Assembly: GCA_024278175.1 (NCBI GenBank)
Contig: JAJRTS010000006.1
Coordinates: 41,036 to 105,035 of the forward strand
Length of the DNA: 64,000 nucleotides
Reading direction: 5' to 3'
Source: Gemmatimonadales bacterium
GTDB taxonomy: Bacteria; Gemmatimonadota; Glassbacteria; GWA2-58-10
A program made the translations under genes and the position numbers. How positions within the stretch are numbered: position 1 is the stretch's first letter; each line of letters opens with the position of its first letter. The notes beneath the pieces were generated by a model. It did no database searches, had not been told where the DNA came from, and was given only the letters and a program-made list of their open reading frames with translations. Positions 27,029-37,125 of the stretch are shown here, piece after piece.

Positions 27029-28276
27029 CTATTTATCGGAAATAAGCAATGCAAGGCCCGCGGCAACCAGGCAGGCGATTCCCGCCGGAGCAAATGCCAT
27101 TAAGAATGAGCCGGTTGAATCCCTGACAAATCCGCCAAGCATCGGGCCGGCTATTCCTCCAATTCCATAAGCTGTAAAGACAAATGGATAGTTGGATGCA
27201 ACGTTCTTTGTGCCGAATAATTTAGCTGTTGCCACTGGAAACAGTGCAAAGTTGCCTCCAAAGTTAAAGCCAATCAAAGAAGCGTATACTGCAAGCATTA
27301 ACGGCGTTGTTCCCATCTTGTAGAATGTAAGCATCAGGAAACCCTGGATAACACACATGTAAAACAATGACATCTTAGGACCAACCCAGTCAGACACTTT
27401 GCCCCATACGATCCGGCCCAGGCCGTTAAAGATAGCATACCATGCCATTGCGGTTCCCGCGGCGGCTCCGGCGGCCGCCATCGGCAAACCTGAAGCTTGC
27501 AAAGAATCGAGCCCAAATAATTTGATAGTACCAATAACCATCAACCCGGCCATTCCACTAAAGGTAAATATGAGCCAGATTGTCCAGAAACTGGACTTGC
27601 CAAGCATCTTTTTCCAACTGAACTCAATAGATTTTTCAGCCTTTTTCTCTTTTTCAGCCTTTTTTTCAACTGGGCCCTCAACCTGATAGTCGGCAGGAGG
27701 ATCTATCATCCAGATTGAGCCGATAAGAACCATTACCATGAATGCAATTCCGTAATACAGGAAAACACTCTGGACGCCAAGCTTGTCGATCAAGCCAAAC
27801 CACGATCCGGCTACTTTAACCCAGATTGTTGCTCCAAAGCCGAATCCTGCAACCGCGAGACCTGAAACGAGACCTTTCTTGTCGGGAAACCAACTCATGC
27901 CAACAGCGATTGGAACGACATATGCCATGCCGATTCCAGCTCCGCCAATAATTCCTATCGTTATTAATTGGATGATAAAGGAATTACCCAGTAACGCTCC
28001 CAGGATATAACCGGCTCCAAGAGTAATGCCTCCGGCAATTGCTGTCCGGCGCGGGCCTACTCTCTTCATCCTGAGGCCCGAGAAAATCATCACTACGGCA
28101 AATGTAAAAAGCCCGGCGGAAAAAATGGCCTGGGTCTGCGGAGTAGTAAAGTTATAAGGTGCTTCCTTAAGCGCCCTGGTAAAAACCGACCACGCATAAA
28201 TGGCGCCTAAAGCCAGTTGAATCAATATTGCACCAAAAACAACAAACCATCTGTTAATAGTTTTGCTTTGTTCCAT
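27029..28276 (-). CDS. MFS transporter, OFA (oxalate/formate antiporter-like) family
   Basis: Twelve TM helices with a central hydrophilic loop. GC content is markedly lower than the neighbours (about 48%). Confidence 0.75.
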   Translation of the reverse strand: MEQSKTINRWFVVFGAILIQLALGAIYAWSVFTRALKEAPYNFTTPQTQAIFSAGLFTFAVVMIFSGLRMKRVGPRRTAIAGGITLGAGYILGALLGNSFIIQLITIGIIGGAGIGMAYVVPIAVGMSWFPDKKGLVSGLAVAGFGFGATIWVKVAGSWFGLIDKLGVQSVFLYYGIAFMVMVLIGSIWMIDPPADYQVEGPVEKKAEKEKKAEKSIEFSWKKMLGKSSFWTIWLIFTFSGMAGLMVIGTIKLFGLDSLQASGLPMAAAGAAAGTAMAWYAIFNGLGRIVWGKVSDWVGPKMSLFYMCVIQGFLMLTFYKMGTTPLMLAVYASLIGFNFGGNFALFPVATAKLFGTKNVASNYPFVFTAYGIGGIAGPMLGGFVRDSTGSFLMAFAPAGIACLVAAGLALLISDK

Positions 28277-28370
28277 CTGATAGCCCCCTTTTCGTTATCC
28301 AGCTTTCTGGATGTCCGGTTAAGCGCGTGGCTACACTGCAGAAAAAATCAGTCAATTCCTTGATTGCCGC

Positions 28371-30308
28371 CTATTCGTTTCCGCTGCCGGCACTGGCCAG
28401 CGAATCGGCCAGGCGGTAGGCGTGGCGCGCCTGTTCGCCCCGGCCAAGCTCTTCCAGCAGACGGCCCATCAGGCTGTACGTATCCGCTGTCGGTCGAACC
28501 CTGTTGGCCACGGCAACGAAGTCGAGCGCCCGCTCGGGCTGTCGCTTGTCCTGCCAGTAGATCATGGCCAGGCTGAGGCTCGCCGCGTAGAGCTGTTCCA
28601 CGTTCTCGGTGATCAAGCGCTTGTAATGTTCCACCGCCTCATCCGTGCGCCCGGCCTGGAACAGGTTGGCCGCCAGCCGGCCCTCTATCTTGCGCGGATC
28701 AGCGTTGTCGGCCAGCCGGCTTTTCAGCAGTCCTATCGCTTCTTCCATCTTGCCCCTGGAGTAAAGCACTCCCTCCAGGGCCAGGATTATTTCGGTCTGG
28801 TTGGGTCTGTATGCCAATGTTTTGCGCAATAAATTCTCGGCGTCTTCCAGCCGGTTTTGTTCCCTGTAAATATCGCACATGATCAGAATGCTGTTGAAAT
28901 CGATGGGGTTGATCGCAAGGCCCCGGTTGTAGTTGCGCAGCGCCGCCTCGAGATTGTCCATGTTGAAATACGTCCAGCCCAGATTGAAATAGGCATAGGC
29001 ATAGCTGTTGTCGCACTCCACCGCCCGATCCAGGACCTTGCGCGCGGAACTGAAACGATGGGCCTTGTTCAGGCGTGCTCCCAGCAGGTTGTAGTGGAAA
29101 GCGTCCTCCGGGCGAACAGGCGTGGGAAACTCCTCCAGCAGGCTGTCTACCTGCGCCAGGCTGGTTGCCTGCATCAGGTCGCTGGCGAGTGGCTGGAACC
29201 GGTCGTAGCGCAGCTGGCGTTGACGGTAGAGCCACGTATTCCACACCAGGGCCAGCCCGATCGTGGCCAGGGCGATCTCGCGCCTGCGTGGGGCGCTCAG
29301 GCGCCGTTGGACCTCTTGTGCGCCGAATGCGAACGCGGCGAACATTACCGCCGGGGCCAGCAGGTACGTCCATTGTCCGCCTGCCAGCAGGTACGTCAGC
29401 GAACTCAGCGCCAGAAAAGCCGTCGCCAGGAGGGGGCGGAAAAACAGCACGCCAACCACGAACGGCGCCATGCTGATCGCATCAAGCGGCCGTCCGGTTA
29501 CCCAAAAATGCACCACCGCCAGCACGGCCAGAAAACCCGCCAGCGCCACATGCACGCCCCACTTGCGCCAGTTGCCTTTCGACTTGTCCGCGCCCGCGGC
29601 CACGGTCCAGGGGGTAATTTGCGGTCCGTCCACGGCGATCCCCCAGACCAGCAGGGCGATCATCGCAAAATGCCAGAGCTCGTTGGGACTGTACGGCAGC
29701 CATGGGCCCAGGTCATCCAGCTTGAGATGGGTCAGCATGTGGAGCGGGAATAGCAGCGGCAGCGCGAACGCAAGCCGGCCCCGTACGGCGCGATGGCGGA
29801 TCAGCAGGAACACGGCCAGGAAATCCACGGCAACACTGAGCCAGGCCACGATCCCCACGAACGGGGTCTCGACGAAATAGGGGTTCTTGATCGGGAAAAC
29901 CCAGACCCACCACTGCGCCGCGGCCGCCTCCACGGCGTAGGCGACAGCGCCCATCATCAGGCCCGCCAGCCCGATCAGCCGGTAGAGGCCGATTTTAGCC
30001 TGGCCCCGGCGGCCCAGGACCCACTCCGCCGTGCTCCAGCAGAGGTAGAGCGCGAATATCCAGCCGATACACTCCTGCAGCGATGCGTTCCCCAGCCTGA
30101 TCGCCGGCCGCAGGAACAGGTAGGGCAGAGTGTCGCCTTTCAGGAACGTGGTGATTATCCAGAAGATCGTGTTCCCACGCAGCAGACCGAAACCGAAACA
30201 GAGGCCGAAAAAGGCGATTGTAGCACTCCGGCCGCGGTAGCGCCACGAATGCAGGAACATCATCACCAGCAACAGACTGCTCGGAATCAACAACAACAGG
30301 TGCATCAC
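28371..30308 (-). CDS. polytopic membrane protein with C-terminal TPR repeats
   Basis: About 380 aa of multi-TM N-terminal region, followed by five or more TPR units (AYAYFNLGWTYFNMDNLEAALRNYNRGLAINP...). Confidence 0.6.
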   Translation of the reverse strand: MMHLLLLIPSSLLLVMMFLHSWRYRGRSATIAFFGLCFGFGLLRGNTIFWIITTFLKGDTLPYLFLRPAIRLGNASLQECIGWIFALYLCWSTAEWVLGRRGQAKIGLYRLIGLAGLMMGAVAYAVEAAAAQWWVWVFPIKNPYFVETPFVGIVAWLSVAVDFLAVFLLIRHRAVRGRLAFALPLLFPLHMLTHLKLDDLGPWLPYSPNELWHFAMIALLVWGIAVDGPQITPWTVAAGADKSKGNWRKWGVHVALAGFLAVLAVVHFWVTGRPLDAISMAPFVVGVLFFRPLLATAFLALSSLTYLLAGGQWTYLLAPAVMFAAFAFGAQEVQRRLSAPRRREIALATIGLALVWNTWLYRQRQLRYDRFQPLASDLMQATSLAQVDSLLEEFPTPVRPEDAFHYNLLGARLNKAHRFSSARKVLDRAVECDNSYAYAYFNLGWTYFNMDNLEAALRNYNRGLAINPIDFNSILIMCDIYREQNRLEDAENLLRKTLAYRPNQTEIILALEGVLYSRGKMEEAIGLLKSRLADNADPRKIEGRLAANLFQAGRTDEAVEHYKRLITENVEQLYAASLSLAMIYWQDKRQPERALDFVAVANRVRPTADTYSLMGRLLEELGRGEQARHAYRLADSLASAGSGNE

Positions 30309-30361
30309 TCACTCCAGGCTCTATAAATTACCAGCGGCCCCGCGGCGGGCGCCAATCGTGG

Positions 30362-33300
30362 TTAATTCCCCGGGGCTGGCGGCGGCGGCTGTTGCAGGCG
30401 GCGCAGAAGCCGCAGGTATTTATCCGCCTCCTCCGGCCGCCCCATCTTATCATAAGTGAGCGCCAGGTTATTGTAGGCGGTCGGCTGTAGCGGGTTGAGC
30501 TCGATTGAGCGCTTGTAGTATCTCACGCTCTGTTCGTAGTCTCCCCGGTTGGTCAGGATCACGCCCAGGTTCAGACACGCCAGCGGGTTGAACGGGTCTT
30601 TCTCCAGACTGAGGCGGTAGAGCCTCTCGGCCTCGTCGCGGTTGCCGCGCTTCAGCTCCAGGTTGCCGAGGTTGAAAATCGCCGAGCCGTAGTCCGGGCT
30701 GGCGCTGATCGCGCGGCGCAGCAGCTTCTCGGCGGCGGACAAGTCCCCGGCGCGGTAGCGCACCAGGCCCAGGTTCAGCATCGTCTGGGGGCTGGCCGGG
30801 TTAAGCTTGAGCGCCCTGCGGAAGTAGCGTTCGGCCTGGGTTTCCAGCCCCTGGTTGCTGGCGCAGACGCCGAGCTGGAACCAGCTCTGGGCGTGCTCGG
30901 GGATAATCCGGGTTACCTGGCCGAACCACTGCCGCGCGGTTTCCAGCTCCCCACGGGAGTAGTAATATTGACCGAGCTGGTAGCGCACCACGAAATCGCC
31001 GGGGTTTTGCCTGGCGATTGCCAGCAGCGAATCGGCGTCCGGGGCTGGCGGGTTCGCGAAATGACGGATGTAGTCGTCCGCCGGGTTACGGGCGAGCGCC
31101 CTGCGATAAAGGTTGATCGAGGCCGCCGGCTGCTGGAATACCCAAGCGGCGAACTTGCCCTCGTAGAAATCGATCCGCGGCTCGTACCAGTGATTTATCC
31201 TCTCCACGAGCGAGAGCATACTGTCGGCCGGGGCATCGCCTCCGTTCCACTGCGTGTAACCGGTAATCGGCTCCAGGTTGTCGATCATCCAGTGGTAGGT
31301 ATCCATCGGCACCGTGGGGGCCATCGTGCGGCTGAACTCGATCACCGGGCGGCTGTCGGTGTTGAGCGGGGCGTCAGCGGTGAGTTCCCGCAGCTTGCGC
31401 GGCCCCATCATGAACAGCGAGGCCAGCGAGAGCGGATTGTCCAGGAATACCTCGGCCAGATCGGCCCGCACTTTGGGCTGGCCAAGCAGCCGCCGCCAGC
31501 GCGGGTAGTCGATTACGGTTTCCTCGCTGGTGCCCAGCAGGATCACGTTGGCCGGGTTGCACCACCACAGGCTGCTGTTGGGGAAGACTTCCACGAAAGA
31601 GCGCAGCAGGCTCTTGAATTCTCTCAGGGTAAGCCCGTTGGTGGGCAGCCAGGCACAGACAGTGCCGCCGGGCTTGAGGGCGCGACGGCAGAGCTGGTAG
31701 AAATCCATCGTGTAGAGCATCGGACTCAGCTTGGGATGGATCGCGTTGAAGCTGATCACGTCGTACTCTTCATTGCTGGTCAGGATCAGGTTGCGCCCGT
31801 CGTTGAAGACGATTTTTACATTCGGGCTGTCGAGCACCCCGTGGTTCTCCGGCAGGAAAAACTCCGCTGTCGAGGCTTCCTCCGGCACCAGCTCCACGCA
31901 CTCGATCCTCGGCAGGTCGTAGCGGGTGGCGGTGTAGAGCGTGCTGCCGAAGCCGAAACCCACCACCAGCATACTCTTCGGGTCGGGGTGGAACAGGATC
32001 GGCAGGTGGGAGAGCAGCTTGTGGATCACGATATCGTCGAAACCGGTGTAGGCCGTGCTCTCGCCGTTGATATTCAGTTCCCTGTTCCCGTCGGTGTTGC
32101 GCAGCACGGCCACGCTGGCCTCGGTGGTCTCGTTGACGTAGATGATTTCCTTGCCCGTGTTCGGCAGGCTGAAGCGCATTATCGGACCCATCGAGCCGGA
32201 AGCCACTACCCAGACCAGCACGGCTCCCAGCACGGCGGGCCCCGCGATTGCCAGCCGCGCGCGCAGGGGGCCTGGGCCGCTTTCCAGTTTCAGCGCCCAC
32301 AGCGCCAGACCGGCGCCCAGCAGCGAGACAGCCACCAGCGAGCCGCTGATGCCCAGCAGGGGCAGCAGGAACATGCCCGCGGCCAGTGAACCGCCGATCG
32401 TGCCCACCGTGTTGGCCGCGTACAGCTTGCCTACCCCGCGCCCCAGCTCCTCACACCTGGAGATGAACAGCCGGTTGACCACCGGGAACGCCACGCCCAT
32501 CGCCAGCGTGGGGATTCCCAGCACCAGCAGGCAGAGCGAGAACTTGACCAGCGTAACCTGGTTCCAGCTGTTGGCCCCGAACCAGAGGTTGAGTTGCTGA
32601 TAGATCTCAGGCAGACGGCCGATCAGCGGCAGGCTGGCCAGCCCGGCTACCGCGATAACCCATTGCAGCGCGCCGAAAACGAGAAACAGCCTGCGGAATC
32701 TGTCGACCAGGGGAGTGACAGCCAGTGAGCCCAGCGCGATGCCGGTCAGAAAGCAGGTGAGGATGATCGTGAAGGCGTGGGTCGAGAGGCCGACGAAGTA
32801 GATCAGCGCCCGGGTCCAGAGCACCTGGTAGGCCATCGCGGCGAACCCGCTGATCGCGAATAACAGCGGTACCAGGTCGATAGAGCGCTTGGCATAGGCG
32901 GGGCTGTCCGCGCGCTTTTTCTTTTTTTCCACAGTGGTTTGTACGGGCGAGGCGGCCACCAGCACGACCAGGGCCAGTGCGGCGGCGATTAAGTTACCGC
33001 AGGCGGCGATTATCACGCTCACGGTTTCTCCGTAAAGCATGATCAGCCAGAAGCCGGTGGCCAGCGTGCCGATAACCGCGCCAGCCGTGTTGAGACCGTA
33101 GAGCGTACCGATCCGGGCGCCAAGCTCACCGCGCGAGCGCACCAGGTAGCGGCCCACCACGGGCAATGTTCCACCCATCAGCACGGTGGGCGCCAGCATG
33201 ATAGCCGCCCCGAGCAGGAGCCGGACCGAAAACAACAGGATCCCGCTGCTCATGCCCAGGCCGTGAAGGCTCGTGTAAACCCCATCGAGCACCGGCAGCA

Positions 33301-33577
33301 GGCCCAGGCTGATCGCAGCTCCGAGGACGGCGATACCAAGTTCGATCAGCACGTAAAGGCGCAACAGCTTGTCCGAGCGGTCGGCCAGCCGCCCGAACAG
33401 CCAGCTTCCCAGGGCCAGCCCGCCCATGAACACGGCCACCACCGTGCTGACCGCGTGGACCGTGTTGCCGAACACCAGGGCCAGTTTGCGCATCCATAAA
33501 ACCTCGAAAGCCAGACCGCTGGCGCCCGAGAACAGGAAACAGATGTAGAGCAGAACATTGATTCGCTGTCGATTCAT
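30362..33577 (-). CDS. fused MFS / spermidine-synthase-like membrane protein with C-terminal TPR repeats
   Basis: N-terminal 12-14 TM region, a central SpeE-like Rossmann domain (VVGFGFGSTLY...VELVPE...DVISFNAIHP), and a C-terminal TPR array. Start chosen at Met 33577 (MNRQRIN). Confidence 0.65.
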   Translation of the reverse strand: MNRQRINVLLYICFLFSGASGLAFEVLWMRKLALVFGNTVHAVSTVVAVFMGGLALGSWLFGRLADRSDKLLRLYVLIELGIAVLGAAISLGLLPVLDGVYTSLHGLGMSSGILLFSVRLLLGAAIMLAPTVLMGGTLPVVGRYLVRSRGELGARIGTLYGLNTAGAVIGTLATGFWLIMLYGETVSVIIAACGNLIAAALALVVLVAASPVQTTVEKKKKRADSPAYAKRSIDLVPLLFAISGFAAMAYQVLWTRALIYFVGLSTHAFTIILTCFLTGIALGSLAVTPLVDRFRRLFLVFGALQWVIAVAGLASLPLIGRLPEIYQQLNLWFGANSWNQVTLVKFSLCLLVLGIPTLAMGVAFPVVNRLFISRCEELGRGVGKLYAANTVGTIGGSLAAGMFLLPLLGISGSLVAVSLLGAGLALWALKLESGPGPLRARLAIAGPAVLGAVLVWVVASGSMGPIMRFSLPNTGKEIIYVNETTEASVAVLRNTDGNRELNINGESTAYTGFDDIVIHKLLSHLPILFHPDPKSMLVVGFGFGSTLYTATRYDLPRIECVELVPEEASTAEFFLPENHGVLDSPNVKIVFNDGRNLILTSNEEYDVISFNAIHPKLSPMLYTMDFYQLCRRALKPGGTVCAWLPTNGLTLREFKSLLRSFVEVFPNSSLWWCNPANVILLGTSEETVIDYPRWRRLLGQPKVRADLAEVFLDNPLSLASLFMMGPRKLRELTADAPLNTDSRPVIEFSRTMAPTVPMDTYHWMIDNLEPITGYTQWNGGDAPADSMLSLVERINHWYEPRIDFYEGKFAAWVFQQPAASINLYRRALARNPADDYIRHFANPPAPDADSLLAIARQNPGDFVVRYQLGQYYYSRGELETARQWFGQVTRIIPEHAQSWFQLGVCASNQGLETQAERYFRRALKLNPASPQTMLNLGLVRYRAGDLSAAEKLLRRAISASPDYGSAIFNLGNLELKRGNRDEAERLYRLSLEKDPFNPLACLNLGVILTNRGDYEQSVRYYKRSIELNPLQPTAYNNLALTYDKMGRPEEADKYLRLLRRLQQPPPPAPGN

Positions 33578-33844
33578 CCTTTTGACCTGTGAAAATTGTG
33601 CCGAGCGACGCAGGCAATTGCCGGGAAACAGATGGCCTACCGGCTCGAAACTAACAAATCGAACTGCAAATAACAAAATAAAATGGTATGCGCCCCACAC
33701 TGGCCGAGACTCGTGGTTGTTGTTAATATTGCAGAAATGCTTTAAAATTCGGTTGACATTCAAATATAAAAGAGTGGATAAATACTGGTTGTTCGGGTTG
33801 TGACCAGCCTGATTGCAGTATAACAGGAGTAATGTCAGCGATTA

Positions 33845-35737
33845 GTGTGGATCAGGCAGGCCGCGCTGGCTAGAAAACTCATCGGCGGTACTGAATTGTC
33901 AATGTTCGAAAACAGGAAAAAGAAAAAGAAAGGAACCTCCCGGGTATTGGCTCCGCCGTGGGAGAAAATGACACAGTCCGCGGAGGTCAATCTGGGGCCG
34001 GCCAGCAGGGTGGAGCTGGCCAAGGATATTTATACTATCCGTTCGACTGTCAACAATCCGGAATTGGTGCTCAATGAAAAATGGCAGATAATCGGCTACT
34101 CCAGCTCGTTTTTACCGCTCACGGGCAAGGTGACTGATCTGGCCCAGCGGCGAGCCTCGTTGAAGGAGTTTTTGACCGACGAGGATTTCGAGAAAATTCT
34201 CGATTACCAACGGGCGGTGGAGCGTCTGGAGCATTTGCCCTATAACGAGGGCGAACCGTGGGAATTGCGCTACGAGGGTCCGGAGTCGGTTGACAGGATC
34301 GGCGAAACGTGGCTTTGTTCCGCCGGGGAAGACGAGAGCGGGTGGGACATTCTCGGGCAGGGGGGGCGCCGCCGGCTGATCCATCGGGCCAACCTGGAAG
34401 ATTCACGTGACTGCTATGCGATGTACTATCAGGAGTTCGGCAGAGCCGACGAGGATATCCGCCTGGAGTACATTACCCGGACTTCGCCCACCAAGGAGCA
34501 CATCCTGGACGTTTCCGCGGTTATTTCCGGTTCTCCGGGCAGCGTGTCTCACTACCCTGACATCACGGGTTACTCGATCTGCACCGGCTCGGCCTGGAAC
34601 ACGGTGGGGCGCCTGCAGCGGATGTGCGTCGATATAGTTTCCCGCCCGGAAGTACTGAAACCGGCCGCCGCGTACAAGATCCAGATCGAACGCACCGGCG
34701 GCCGGCTGATCAGAAGGCTGACGGATTTGTCCAGTGGCGTGGAGTCCGAGCCGCTGCAAATGATCGATCCTCACGCGCTATACGACTTTACCAATCATGT
34801 GGGATTCACAACCTTTGCCGGCGACCTGGAGATATACGACATTAAACTTTTTACGCGCAAGAGCATGTTCAGCCTCGATCAGTTCAAGCTGACTTTCGAC
34901 ATGGACGTGCAGTTGCGCGACCCGAATCTGGCGGGCAGGGTGTTCAAGCTCAAGATCGGCCGCGATGTGCGGCAGAATATGTCGCTTACCAGGATGATGT
35001 TCGAGGACATCACCGAGCGGGTGAAAATCGAAAACGAGTTGAAACGCAGCCGTCAGCAACTGCGTGAACTGGCACTTCATCTGCAAATGGTACGGGAGCA
35101 GGAGCGGCGGATGATCGCCAGGGAAATTCACGACGAGCTGGGTCAGGATCTCACTGCCCTGCAACTGGATCTGCACGGGATGAAAAAACGGATGCCCGAT
35201 GACATGCCGCAGTTGCAGGCGAAAGCCGATTCGATGTTGCGCCTGATCGATGTTACCAACCGCTCCGTACAGAGGATATCAACCTACCTGCGCCCGGCGT
35301 TGCTGGACGATCTTGGCTTGACCGCGGCGATCGAATGGCAGTTGGAAGAATTTGCCGGACGGACCGGGATTAAATGCGAGCTTCAGATCGAAGCCGATGA
35401 GAGAGGGCTGGAGGATGAGCTCTCCACGGCTATTTTCAGGATATTCCAGGAAACCCTGACCAATATCGCCCGCCATGCCGAGGCAAAGCGCGCCTGGGTC
35501 AGCCTGGTGCGCCAGGGCGGCTGCCTGGTGCTGGAAGTGCGCGACAACGGCAGGGGGATCACCAGAGCGCAGATGGAGCATTCCCGTTCGTTCGGGGTGA
35601 TCGGTATGCGCGAGCGGCTCTATCCGTGGGGCGGGGAGGTTGATTTCCAGGGGGAGCAGGGTAAGGGAACCACCGTGAGGGTAAGCGTCAAGTTGCCCGA
35701 GGACGGAGAAGAAGATGATCAAGATTCTGATAGCTGA
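33845..35737 (+). CDS. cytoplasmic sensor histidine kinase (HisKA_3 + HATPase_c) with an uncharacterized ~400-aa N-terminal domain
   Basis: H-box REIHDELGQDLTALQL (NarX/DegS-type HisKA_3) and GHKL ATPase motifs (RDNGRGI, GVIGMRER). No TM helices. Start possibly Met 33902. Confidence 0.8.
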   Translation: MWIRQAALARKLIGGTELSMFENRKKKKKGTSRVLAPPWEKMTQSAEVNLGPASRVELAKDIYTIRSTVNNPELVLNEKWQIIGYSSSFLPLTGKVTDLAQRRASLKEFLTDEDFEKILDYQRAVERLEHLPYNEGEPWELRYEGPESVDRIGETWLCSAGEDESGWDILGQGGRRRLIHRANLEDSRDCYAMYYQEFGRADEDIRLEYITRTSPTKEHILDVSAVISGSPGSVSHYPDITGYSICTGSAWNTVGRLQRMCVDIVSRPEVLKPAAAYKIQIERTGGRLIRRLTDLSSGVESEPLQMIDPHALYDFTNHVGFTTFAGDLEIYDIKLFTRKSMFSLDQFKLTFDMDVQLRDPNLAGRVFKLKIGRDVRQNMSLTRMMFEDITERVKIENELKRSRQQLRELALHLQMVREQERRMIAREIHDELGQDLTALQLDLHGMKKRMPDDMPQLQAKADSMLRLIDVTNRSVQRISTYLRPALLDDLGLTAAIEWQLEEFAGRTGIKCELQIEADERGLEDELSTAIFRIFQETLTNIARHAEAKRAWVSLVRQGGCLVLEVRDNGRGITRAQMEHSRSFGVIGMRERLYPWGGEVDFQGEQGKGTTVRVSVKLPEDGEEDDQDSDS

Positions 35738-36347
35738 CGACCATCCGATAGTCCGTAAGGGTCTGCGGGAAATACTGACCGAGACCAATGACGTGTTCGA
35801 TGTCCACGAGGCGGAAAACGGCCCGGAGGTACTGGAATTAATGGAGGGCGGGCAGTACGACGTACTGGTGCTGGATATCTCGATGCCCGGCATCAGCGGC
35901 CTGGACGTGCTCAAACAGATTAAAAAGAAGAGCTGCTCGATTCCGATCCTGATTTTGAGCCGCCACCCGGAGCATCAGTACGCGGTGCGCTCGCTACGAG
36001 CGGGCGCCAGCGGATATCTTACCAAGGAAAGCGCACCGCAGGAGCTTTCCAGCGCTATCCGGAAACTGGCCCGGGGCGGTAAGTACGTCAGCGCCTCGAT
36101 GGCCGACCAGTTGCTTGATTACTTCAATGATGATTCCAGCAAAAGGCCCCACGAAAAGCTCTCCGACCGTGAGTTCCAGGTGATGCAGATGATCGCTTCC
36201 GGCAAAACCGTGGGTGAGATTGCCGAGGAGATGCTGCTGAGCGTGAACACGATCAGCACCTACCGGATGCGGGTACTGGAAAAAATGAACCTGGAGAACA
36301 ACGCGCAGATTATGTACTACGCTATGAATGAAGGACTTATCAGCTAA
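35715..36347 (+). CDS. NarL/LuxR-family response regulator
   Basis: REC domain (ADDH, D at VLDISMP, K) and a LuxR HTH (LSDREFQVMQMIASGKTVGEIA). Overlaps the HK stop by 23 nt. Confidence 0.9.
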   Translation: MIKILIADDHPIVRKGLREILTETNDVFDVHEAENGPEVLELMEGGQYDVLVLDISMPGISGLDVLKQIKKKSCSIPILILSRHPEHQYAVRSLRAGASGYLTKESAPQELSSAIRKLARGGKYVSASMADQLLDYFNDDSSKRPHEKLSDREFQVMQMIASGKTVGEIAEEMLLSVNTISTYRMRVLEKMNLENNAQIMYYAMNEGLIS

Positions 36348-36741
36348 GCCCCTCGCCAATTGATTGAACCTCCCTGCAAGCCCCTTTTCGCCTATAGTAC
36401 GAACCACTACAAGCCATTCGGACAAACTGCCCGCTTAAAATAGTAATCCAACGACATATTTTTTTAAGATTGAGTGTTAAATCATTAAATGTCAGGCCGG
36501 TGATGTTGCCCCGGCCCAATCGTCTTTAACGGCGGGAAAGGGAGTGGCGGCATAGACGATACTTTGTGAGCCTCCTAGCTGGAAATTCATATCACCGATC
36601 TTACCGGAATTTACTTTCATTGCGGAATCTCGTGCGGCCAGTGCGGGAAGAAGAAGCCGTGCGCGGATTACTCTCGGTGCCTGTTCGAGGGCCTTTATGC
36701 TGCTGATAATAGCAGGCGGTTTCTGCATATCACGAAAATAG

Positions 36742-37125
36742 GTGCAAATGAGAGTTGTAATCGCCGACGATTCTGAAATCATGCGGGAACATCTGGCGGG
36801 CGCCCTGTCCGGCCTTGAAGGTATCGAAATAGTCGGCAGCGCCGGCAGTGGTGCTCAGGCGCTCGAATCCATCAGAAAATTAAACCCTGACGTAGTGGTG
36901 CTTGACATCAGGATGCCGGGTGGCAGCGGGATCGAGGTCCTGGAGCGGATCAAGCAGGACGCCCGTTGTCCGGTGGTGATCATGTTCACCAACTATCCAT
37001 TTCCCCAATACCGCAAGAAATGCGAACAGGCGGGAGCGGATTTCTTTTTCGAAAAAACCAGCGAATCCCATCTGGTGATTGAAACCCTGGAATCACTGAC
37101 CAGCCGCTTTCGGGCAAGTGGATAA
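36742..37125 (+). CDS. stand-alone CheY-like receiver domain protein
   Basis: REC motifs (IADD, VVLDIRMPGGSG, and the K in FFEK). No output domain. Confidence 0.8.
   Translation: MQMRVVIADDSEIMREHLAGALSGLEGIEIVGSAGSGAQALESIRKLNPDVVVLDIRMPGGSGIEVLERIKQDARCPVVIMFTNYPFPQYRKKCEQAGADFFFEKTSESHLVIETLESLTSRFRASG

Noticed and set aside
26660-28370. Possible integrated element at tRNA-Pro
   Set aside because: No integrase, excisionase or duplicated tRNA 3' end found. Reported only as a low-GC islet, not as a mobile element.
30893-32389. 498-aa plus-strand ORF inside the fused MFS/SpeE gene
   Set aside because: Antisense to a gene with clear TM and Rossmann features. Composition-driven.
36492-36782. 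96-aa minus-strand ORF in the spacer before the orphan CheY gene
   Set aside because: Overlaps the CheY start. No RBS or recognisable features. Likely spurious.
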